Assembly (NCBI GenBank): GCA_017964485.1
Contig: JAGCRW010000039.1
Span: 1,365-65,364, forward strand
Direction: 5' to 3'
Source of the DNA: Muribaculaceae bacterium
GTDB taxonomy: Bacteria; Bacteroidota; Bacteroidia; Bacteroidales; Muribaculaceae
DNA: 64,000 nucleotides
Part shown: positions 9,114 through 15,921 of the stretch, piece after piece
Numbering within the stretch: position 1 is the first letter of the stretch
How the letters are laid out: every line of letters begins with the position of its first letter
Position numbers and translations under genes: made by a program
The notes under the pieces: model-generated
Seen by the model: only the letters and a program-made list of their open reading frames with translations
What the model was told of the DNA's origin: nothing
The model's database searches: none

Positions 9114-9737
9114 TCATCTCAATTCGGTTGTGATGATTGCTTGCAATTGTTCCAGAAACTTTGCTGCATGTCCACCGTCCATCTGCACATGATGAAACTC
9201 AAAACTGATAGGCAGAGTTGTTTTTAACCACCTATTGCGATATTTTCCCCACATGACCATAGGGTTGTTAAACTCCTTAGCATATTGGTTTACAATACAA
9301 TCCAATTCGGTTTCAATCATTGCCGAAGTACCTATTACCATAGCCTCCTCCAAGAAACTGCTTTCACAGTTTTGGCTCACCAATTGCGCCATGGTCATGT
9401 AATCGTGGTTGAAATGGATCAAGTCGTCGGTGTATAGGATATCGCATGAGTTGATGCCACCTTTTATGTTATTGACAATCACATTGACAGCCAAGCAGTC
9501 ATATCTATATAACTTGCCGTTCTCGGGCAGCACATAGAATTCCTCAATTGCACTTGCCGCCTTGCCGACACACCAGCAGAGCAGCATGTTGAAGCTCATG
9601 CCGCTCTTTTTGCTGTATCTCAGAAGCCTTGTCACGTCCATCGTTTTCACCAGAGTCACCATGGGCATAGGTGAAGACATCCAGAGATTGAATGCCTCTT
9701 GGCGATTGCAGTCTTTAGGAACTATCTCAGTCTTCAT
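9114..9737 (-). CDS. Chloramphenicol-acetyltransferase-like (CatA-type) O-acetyltransferase
   Basis: 207 aa. C-terminal catalytic-His region ISFEFHHVQMDGGHAAKFLEQLQ corresponds to the CAT HH(x3)DG(x)H motif. The N-terminus fits the CAT fold pattern (RQEAFNLW...VTLVKTMDVT). Confidence 0.7.
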   Translation of the reverse strand: MKTEIVPKDCNRQEAFNLWMSSPMPMVTLVKTMDVTRLLRYSKKSGMSFNMLLCWCVGKAASAIEEFYVLPENGKLYRYDCLAVNVIVNNIKGGINSCDILYTDDLIHFNHDYMTMAQLVSQNCESSFLEEAMVIGTSAMIETELDCIVNQYAKEFNNPMVMWGKYRNRWLKTTLPISFEFHHVQMDGGHAAKFLEQLQAIITTELR

Positions 9738-9741
9738 CGTA

Positions 9742-10065
9742 TTAATAAGGGTAATAGTATGGGTGGTCCTTAACTGAGTTGTAGGCGATTACCTTGCCGT
9801 CGTTGTTGAATGTGATGACAAAAATCATCTGCTCAGGTCCAGTAATCTCGCCCACCATTTTGCGATAGCCCCATTCCTCGCTAGTCTCGTTGGCGTTCTT
9901 GAAGAGTGGTGTGCCAAGCAAATTCTGGATGTCGGTCTTGGTCATGCCCATCTCCACTTTGTTGATTTTCACTGTGTCGCGTGTTGAGATGCAACTGCTT
10001 AAACTCATGACCATCACTAGCGTGATGATAATAGCTGTAACTGAAATAATAATACTGTTTTTCAT
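9742..10065 (-). CDS. Small lipoprotein with SmpA/OmlA (BamE-like) domain
   Basis: Lipobox LSSC. VEMGMTKTDIQNLLGTPLFKN resembles the BamE/SmpA_OmlA signature. Confidence 0.55.
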   Translation of the reverse strand: MKNSIIISVTAIIITLVMVMSLSSCISTRDTVKINKVEMGMTKTDIQNLLGTPLFKNANETSEEWGYRKMVGEITGPEQMIFVITFNNDGKVIAYNSVKDHPYYYPY

Positions 10066-10111
10066 TGCTGTAAATATTTAAATTGTTTCACTAATCTCTA
10101 GTCTTTAATCA

Positions 10112-10678
10112 CTAATCCTTTATGCTCACTCCTCCCAAGAAGTTGCTGGCGATGACATGGAGACATGGGGCGGCGGGAATTGCCCTGCCCACGGTCTCAT
10201 TACCCACGCCGCCAATGAAGCTGCGACTTTTCACCACCACATTTACATTGGAAGGAACTAGCAACTCTACGCCACCCATAAAGGTGTGGATGTCAATTTC
10301 CTCTTCCTCGCTGATGACGGCATTGCGCAAGTTAAGGCGCAGACCGCCAAAAAATGCGTCGAGGCGTGCACCATGGAAAGGTTCGCCGTTATAAACATAC
10401 TCGTCGCCGCCAAACCTCACGGCGCAGTGAATGCGCTTGCCGTCCTCACCCTGAGGCACTGGCCGCTGAAGCCATTGGTCGGGATTGCGCTGATAGCTGC
10501 TCACTATGAGCTTCACGCCTATTATTATAAGTAAAACAGGGCCTAGATATTCGGTCCAGGGATGATTCCACACCCAGTCAAACCAATCGAGATGGAAAAT
10601 TCCCCACATACTTACCAACTTCATCAAAGCGGCAAAAACAAAAACGATTCCTACAATTGTTCTTCGTGTCATAATCAT
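10112..10678 (-). CDS. LiaF-like (cell-wall-active-antibiotic response, DUF2154-type) membrane protein
   Basis: Two N-terminal TM helices, then a C-terminal repeat-like beta region FFGGLRLNLRNA...IHTFMGGVELLVPSNVNVVVKSRSFIGGV typical of the LiaF C-terminal domain. Confidence 0.6.
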   Translation of the reverse strand: MIMTRRTIVGIVFVFAALMKLVSMWGIFHLDWFDWVWNHPWTEYLGPVLLIIIGVKLIVSSYQRNPDQWLQRPVPQGEDGKRIHCAVRFGGDEYVYNGEPFHGARLDAFFGGLRLNLRNAVISEEEEIDIHTFMGGVELLVPSNVNVVVKSRSFIGGVGNETVGRAIPAAPCLHVIASNFLGGVSIKD

Positions 10679-10715
10679 AATTTTTTAGTTCGCAGCGTTC
10701 GTTCACTTGCGTTGA

Positions 10716-10787
10716 TTTGAATAAATTAAGTTGCGCCTCGGCAATGTTCATGCAAGCATGACGCTGCACTCGGCTTACACTAATTTT
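10716..10787 (-). repeat. 72-nt conserved noncoding element, copy 1 (5' leader of the LiaF-like gene)
   Basis: tttgaataaattaagttgcgcctcggcaatgttcatgcaagcatgacgctgcactcggcttacactaatttt matches 56769-56840 at 60/72 positions (manual alignment, no gaps). It lies between a minus-strand TAATTTTG box (10804-10811) and the ATG at 10678. Confidence 0.7.
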
Positions 10788-10803
10788 GACTGCAAAATTG
10801 CGG

Positions 10804-10811
10804 CAAAATTA
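10804..10811 (-). promoter_or_regulatory. -7 promoter box TAATTTTG (minus strand) for the LiaF-like gene
   Basis: Plus-strand caaaatta is the reverse complement of TAnnTTTG. It sits ~17 nt upstream of the 72-nt element. Confidence 0.45.
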
Positions 10812-10939
10812 CAGACCCTGCAATATTTTGGGATATTCTGCATGGGTTTGTGACGAACGGCAATAAAAATGAGAAGAACAGCACAAATGTGACAAATGGT
10901 TTTGCAACAAGACAGTTTTTTCCTACCTTTGCCAGTGAT

Positions 10940-11845
10940 ATGAGTGGAGAAAAGAAAAAAACTATCACGATTCGCATCGTCAGCGTATGCTTCGCTGTGG
11001 TGGTGCTAGCCATTTTCAAGCCTTTTGGTCTCGATGCATGGCAGTGGCAAGCCTATGCCCACCTGATTGCGGTGGGAGGTCTGGGAATTATTTCCTGCTT
11101 TATCACCGAGGCAATTTTGGTATACATCCTCAAAAAACCAGGTTCTACTGACCGTGGAGTGGATTACATCATCCAACGCAACCTTTGGTTCCAGCTCATT
11201 AACACACCACTCGTGTCGCTCATGATTTGTCTCTACCGACATTTCGTACTTAGCGACAAAGTGGACGGCAACCGACTCTCATGGGGAAACTTCTTTGAAA
11301 CATTGGTAATCATGGCGTTTTGCTCGTTTCTCATAGGCCTATATTGGCGTTTCAAGTTCCGTAGCAAGTATTTGGCGGCAGAGCTTGAGGAAACAAAACA
11401 AATGAACGAACAACTGCAACGTATGCAACAGCAGTCACTATCTCAGTCGTTAGATGCCACAAAACCTGAAGAAGAAACCCAACCATCGGCAACACTTCCT
11501 AACACTATCAATCTTGACGGTAACACCAGCGAATCGGTGACAATACACATCCCTAACCTTTTATACATCGAATCGGTGGGCAACTATGTGAAAGTTGTGC
11601 AACTGCATGAAGGCAAAGTCGCTACACACATGCTGCGCGCAACATCCAAACAAATAGAGGAAAAACTGAGCAACTACCCTACTATCGTTAGATGTCATCG
11701 AGCTTTCCTTGTAAACCTGCGCCAAGTGGAGAAAATACTGTCAAAAACTGGCACAATGCAATTGCTCATTAAGCACAGCAACGACTATCTCCCCGTTTCA
11801 CGTAGCAACATGCCTGGAGTGAAAACCGCCATCGCCCAAAGGTAA
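10940..11845 (+). CDS. Membrane-anchored LytTR-family DNA-binding protein
   Basis: N-terminal TM helices. C-terminal LytTR domain (LLYIESVGNYVKVVQLHEGKV...IVRCHRAFLVNLRQVEKI). Start moved to MSGEKKK because the tracked extension from 10850 is low-complexity and contains a TACCTTTG box (10924-10931). Confidence 0.75.
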   Translation: MSGEKKKTITIRIVSVCFAVVVLAIFKPFGLDAWQWQAYAHLIAVGGLGIISCFITEAILVYILKKPGSTDRGVDYIIQRNLWFQLINTPLVSLMICLYRHFVLSDKVDGNRLSWGNFFETLVIMAFCSFLIGLYWRFKFRSKYLAAELEETKQMNEQLQRMQQQSLSQSLDATKPEEETQPSATLPNTINLDGNTSESVTIHIPNLLYIESVGNYVKVVQLHEGKVATHMLRATSKQIEEKLSNYPTIVRCHRAFLVNLRQVEKILSKTGTMQLLIKHSNDYLPVSRSNMPGVKTAIAQR

Positions 11846-11921
11846 TTCGCAATTCAAATAATAGAACAACCGCCACCAGGGGTGCTCCTGATGGTGGTTA
11901 TTATTGTTATCAATGACTTGC

Positions 11922-11978
11922 TTAATCTTCAAGCAATGCGTCGTCAACGAGGTTTGGCATTGTGACTTGGAGGCCTGG
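11922..11978 (-). pseudogene. hutU: Displaced hutU 3'-end fragment (last 18 codons + stop)
   Basis: Minus-strand translation PGLQVTMPNLVDDALLED* is identical to the C-terminus of the intact hutU (13860-13916). There are 6 nucleotide differences, all synonymous third positions. Homology stops at 11979. The copy of the terminator hairpin (11868-11900) has mismatches. Confidence 0.8.
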
Positions 11979-12024
11979 GCAGCCTTAACCGTTATATATT
12001 CACATTAATCGTTATATGCTTACA

Positions 12025-12049
12025 TTTGGACAAAAATTTTTTGTCCAAA
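12025..12049. repeat. Near-perfect 25-nt AT-rich palindrome TTTGGACAAAAATTTTTTGTCCAAA
   Basis: Read directly from the sequence. It overlaps one of two CATTTGGACAAAAAT direct repeats (12023-12037 and 12068-12082). Confidence 0.8.
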
Positions 12050-12114
12050 TATATACTTTTCACCCCACATTTGGACAAAAATCCTTGTTTAGACATTTTG
12101 TGGTGTTTGTTATT

Positions 12115-12528
12115 TTAAACGAATGCCATTAATTGGCGGCCAATGTTATGTAGTCCTTCAACAATTCGTTGGCGTTGTTTTGGGCGTGGAATCTTTGCTC
12201 CTGTGGCGTAGTGGCTGAGTTGACGTTGATTTATTCCTGTTGCTCGACTGATTGCTGTCAATGAAGCAAAGCGTTCACTGCTGCGAAGTAGTGCAGCTGT
12301 ATCAAGGTAAACATACTCAAACTCATAATCGCCGTCAACAAGCCATTGAGGCACCTCGTCTCCATCGTTAATCATTCCTTGCACATGAAACTCAAGCGAT
12401 TCCTTTGCTTCGCGTTGAAGCTCTTCAAAAGTGTCAGCAGTGAATACAACAGCACCAGGGACGTTGTCTCCAAGGCTGGCGGCAAAGTTCTTGTTACACC
12501 ACGACACGTTTACAATAATTTTTTCCAT
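12115..12528 (-). CDS. hicB: HicB-family antitoxin
   Basis: N-terminal HicB/UPF0150-like fold (IIVNVSWCNKNFAASLGDNVPGAVVFTADTFEELQREAKESLEFHVQGM) plus a C-terminal HTH (ISRATGINQRQLSHYATG). It lies directly downstream of hicA. Confidence 0.8.
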   Translation of the reverse strand: MEKIIVNVSWCNKNFAASLGDNVPGAVVFTADTFEELQREAKESLEFHVQGMINDGDEVPQWLVDGDYEFEYVYLDTAALLRSSERFASLTAISRATGINQRQLSHYATGAKIPRPKQRQRIVEGLHNIGRQLMAFV

Positions 12529-12555
12529 AATTTATAATTAATTAGTTTGTATCAA

Positions 12556-12750
12556 TTATTTCCACCCAGCTTGTTTCCAAATGCTATTGAGAGTGAATTG
12601 GTCCAATTCTTTACTCTCTTTTCCGTTAACTGTTACTTTGCCAGGTTTTGTGGGGTGCTTGAACTGACGGTGACTTCCTCGAGTTGCAATTTTTACCCAA
12701 CCATCCCGCTCTAGCATTTTTATTACTTGAATAACTTTATAAGTTTTCAT
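12556..12750 (-). CDS. hicA: HicA-family mRNA-interferase toxin
   Basis: 64 aa. LERDGWVKIATRGSHRQFKHPTKPGKVTV is the classic HicA (YcfA) signature. Confidence 0.85.
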   Translation of the reverse strand: MKTYKVIQVIKMLERDGWVKIATRGSHRQFKHPTKPGKVTVNGKESKELDQFTLNSIWKQAGWK

Positions 12751-12767
12751 TTTCTATTTTATTTAAA

Positions 12768-12799
12768 GCACAAAGGTAGTAATTTTTCTACCTTTGTGC
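12768..12799. promoter_or_regulatory. Perfect 12-bp inverted repeat overlapping the hicAB promoter (candidate HicB operator)
   Basis: GCACAAAGGTAG-N8-CTACCTTTGTGC. Each arm carries a TACCTTTG -7 box, one per strand. It lies 18 nt upstream of the hicA ATG (12750). Confidence 0.5.
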
Positions 12800-13116
12800 A
12801 AATATCAATCGTTTTTTTTATATAATTATGGTGATTTCTTAAAAAAAATACTATATTTGCAGTTGGATTGCAGAGGCAATCAATTACATTTTGAATTAAA
12901 AGAAGCGTTTTGCTTATCTCATTACTGGAAACTTAGGAACTTTTCAATAAGATGAGAGAGATGCAAAATGGCTTGCGTTTATAGCGTGAGCTGTTATTTC
13001 CATCATCTTCATCTTAAGGTTTCCTAAGACCTCCAGTAATAGATATGGTAATTCAGTCCACGCTTTTAATGTTTGTTTTTCTCCTTTTTGGACTGTAAGG
13101 GGTCTAATTTTTTTTT

Positions 13117-13584
13117 ATGAAAAATTATTTGTTAAAATGTTCAGTTGTTTTGGCTTTTTTTGCCAGTTTGATTGGATTGTCAAGTTGTGGTGATGACAAT
13201 GTCGCGCTCGTATCATCAAAAATCAACGGTCCTCTTGGTGAATATTTTGAGGTGGTTGATAAACCCTACAAAGTCAATAAGACAGAAGCAAAAAATTCAA
13301 TTAGCGTCGAAATCAAAAGAACTAAGGATGGTGGACCAACTGAATGGTGGTTAAAATCAGCTAGAAATAGAAATGACTATGGATTTACGGTTGAACTTAT
13401 GGATAATGATGAAAATGTGCTTGTTTCAAAGACAACCACTTATTTTAGTGATTCAGAGCAGCTTATTGCCATAATAGGTTTAGAAGAAGGAGAATCAACT
13501 TCTTTAAAAATTGAATTTGAATCGGATGACGATAAAGAAAATGCATCAAAAGCTCAGAAAGTTAGGGTTACAAGTCACCGATAG
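13117..13584 (+). CDS. Hypothetical lipoprotein
   Basis: Signal peptide with lipobox LSSCGDD. No recognisable domain. AT-rich codon usage matches the rest of the islet. Confidence 0.6.
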   Translation: MKNYLLKCSVVLAFFASLIGLSSCGDDNVALVSSKINGPLGEYFEVVDKPYKVNKTEAKNSISVEIKRTKDGGPTEWWLKSARNRNDYGFTVELMDNDENVLVSKTTTYFSDSEQLIAIIGLEEGESTSLKIEFESDDDKENASKAQKVRVTSHR

Positions 13585-13804
13585 TTGTCAGTTTCTTGAC
13601 TTCTATAAAAAGGGTGTGCCAGATTTTTATGGCATACCCTTTTTGATAATAAACCGTCTAAAAATGCTATATATAATTCTGCTAGTATTTGTTTCAGTTA
13701 GATGAGAAAAACAAACCTCCACAAGGAGTTATGCTTCTCTTGGTAGCGGTGTCCTCAAAGGGACGGTTCTTTTGAGGATGCCCTATGTGAAAAACGAAAT
13801 ATTA

Positions 13805-13837
13805 AACCGCCATCAGGTGATGAACTTGATGGCGGTT
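13805..13837 (-). terminator. hutU terminator hairpin
   Basis: aaccgccatca...tgatggcggtt forms an 11-bp stem 23 nt downstream of the hutU stop, followed on the minus strand by a U-rich stretch (tttaatattt). Confidence 0.65.
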
Positions 13838-13859
13838 GTTATTGTTATCAATGATTTGC

Positions 13860-15860
13860 TTAGTCTTCGAGCAATGCGTCGTCGACGAGATTAGGCATTG
13901 TGACTTGCAGGCCTGGGGTGCGCTCCATCTCGCGGCGGATGGCATCCATAGAGCCGTTATTGCGGGCCCATGAGCGACGGGCGATGCCGTTGTTCACATC
14001 CCAGAGAAGCATCTGGCGGATGCGGCGGTCAGCTTCCTCGCTACCGTCGATTACCATGCCAAAGCCACCGTTGATGACTTCGCCCCATCCAACGCCGCCT
14101 CCATTGTGCAGACTCACCCATGTGGCTCCACGGAAGGCGTCGCCAATCACGTTGTGTACTGCCATGTCGGCGCAGAACTGTGAGCCGTCATAGATGTTGC
14201 TTGTCTCGCGGAAAGGAGAGTCGGTACCACTAACGTCATGGTGGTCACGGCCAAGCACGACTGGCTTAGTGATCTCGCCACGGCGGATGGCATCGTTAAA
14301 CGCCAACGCAATCTTGGTGCGTCCCTCGCAGTCGGCATAGAGGATACGGGCTTGTGAACCAACCACGAGGTGATTCTTTCCTGCCTCGCGAATCCAGTGC
14401 AGATTGTCGGCGAGTTGGCCCTTGATATCGTCGGTCACGTGACTCATCATGTCATCGAGAACCTCAGCAGCGAGGCGGTCGGTTACTTCCAGGTCGTGAG
14501 GGTCGCATGAGGTGCAAACCCAGCGGAAAGGACCAAAGCCATAGTCGAAGAACATTGGACCCATAATATCCTGAACGTAACTTGGATAGCGGAAGTGGGT
14601 CTCGTCCTTCATAATGTCGGCTCCAGCTCGGCTTGCCATGAGCATAAAGGCATTGCCGTAGTCGAAGAAATACATACCATTGGCTGTCAGGCAGTTGATA
14701 GCAGCAACCTGACGACGCAGCGACTCAAATACGCACTCCTTGAAACGCTCAGGCTCTTCGGCCATCATACGCTTCGATTCCTCGAGGCTGTAGCCCACAG
14801 GATAGTAGCCACCAGCATAGGGGTTGTGGAGCGAAGTCTGGTCGCTACCCAAGTCAACATGTATGCCTTCATCGGCAAGTCGCTCCCACAAGTCAACCAC
14901 GTTGCCTACATAGGCCATAGAAACTACTTTTTTCTCCTCCACAGCCTTGCGGATGGCGGGGATAAGTTCGTCAAGATTCTCGTGCAGTTCATCAACCCAA
15001 CCCTGGTCATAGCGCTTACGTGCTGCGAGAGGATTGATTTCGGCTGTAACGCTTACAACACCAGCGATATTGCCAGCCTTAGGTTGAGCTCCACTCATGC
15101 CGCCAAGTCCTGCGGTGACAAAGAGCGGTATGCGCTTCTCGCGCTCGTCGCCCATCACCTTGCGGGCGGCGTTGAGCACTGTAATAGTAGTGCCATGTAC
15201 GATACCTTGAGGACCTATGTACATATAAGAACCAGCAGTCATCTGGCCATATTGACTCACGCCAAGGGCATTCATGCGCTCCCAGTCGTCGGGTTTGCTG
15301 TAGTTGGGGATTACCATACCATTAGTAACCACAACGCGTGGAGCGTCCTTGTGCGATGGGAAGAGTCCCAGAGGGTGACCGCTATACATCACGAGGGTCT
15401 GCTCGTCGGTCATCTCGCTCAAATACTTCATCACGAGACGATATTGTGCCCAGTTCTGGAACACGGCACCATTGCCACCATAGGTTATGAGCTCATGTGG
15501 GTGCTGTGCCACAGCCTTGTCGAGGTTGTTTTGAATCATCATCATGATGGCAGCTGCTTGACGACTGTTGTGTGGATAATCGTCAATGGGGCGTGCCTTC
15601 ATCTCGTAGCGTGGACGCAGGCGGTACATATAGATGCGGCCATACTTCTCCAGCTCCTTGCGGAACTCGGGGATGAGTGCAGCGTGATGCTTAGCAGGGA
15701 AATAGCGCAAAGCGTTGCGCAAGGCAAGTTTCTTCTGCTCTGGGTTGAGAATGTCCTTGCGCTTTGGCGCATGGTTTATCTCAGGATCGTAAGGCATTGG
15801 TTCGGGCAATACATCGGGAATTCCAGCCCTGATGTCGGCGATAAATTCTTCTCTTGTCAT
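13860..15860 (-). CDS. hutU: Urocanate hydratase
   Basis: 666 aa, full-length urocanase-like sequence (GLGGMSGAQPKAG, GRDHHDVSGTDSPFRETSNI). Sits in a hut gene context. Confidence 0.95.
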   Translation of the reverse strand: MTREEFIADIRAGIPDVLPEPMPYDPEINHAPKRKDILNPEQKKLALRNALRYFPAKHHAALIPEFRKELEKYGRIYMYRLRPRYEMKARPIDDYPHNSRQAAAIMMMIQNNLDKAVAQHPHELITYGGNGAVFQNWAQYRLVMKYLSEMTDEQTLVMYSGHPLGLFPSHKDAPRVVVTNGMVIPNYSKPDDWERMNALGVSQYGQMTAGSYMYIGPQGIVHGTTITVLNAARKVMGDEREKRIPLFVTAGLGGMSGAQPKAGNIAGVVSVTAEINPLAARKRYDQGWVDELHENLDELIPAIRKAVEEKKVVSMAYVGNVVDLWERLADEGIHVDLGSDQTSLHNPYAGGYYPVGYSLEESKRMMAEEPERFKECVFESLRRQVAAINCLTANGMYFFDYGNAFMLMASRAGADIMKDETHFRYPSYVQDIMGPMFFDYGFGPFRWVCTSCDPHDLEVTDRLAAEVLDDMMSHVTDDIKGQLADNLHWIREAGKNHLVVGSQARILYADCEGRTKIALAFNDAIRRGEITKPVVLGRDHHDVSGTDSPFRETSNIYDGSQFCADMAVHNVIGDAFRGATWVSLHNGGGVGWGEVINGGFGMVIDGSEEADRRIRQMLLWDVNNGIARRSWARNNGSMDAIRREMERTPGLQVTMPNLVDDALLED

Positions 15861-15921
15861 TGTATTTGGTTTTTACTAGACGTTCTAGAAGTTTCTAGAT
15901 TTACTAGACATTCTAGAAAAT

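Larger units (their letters stand above)
11868..13916. mobile_element. Putative integrated islet (hicAB + lipoprotein cargo) bracketed by direct repeats derived from the hutU 3' end and terminator
   Basis: Direct repeats 11868-11978 and 13805-13916 are roughly 85% identical by eye. The interior is visibly AT-richer than the flanks, and no recombinase gene is present. Confidence 0.5.
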
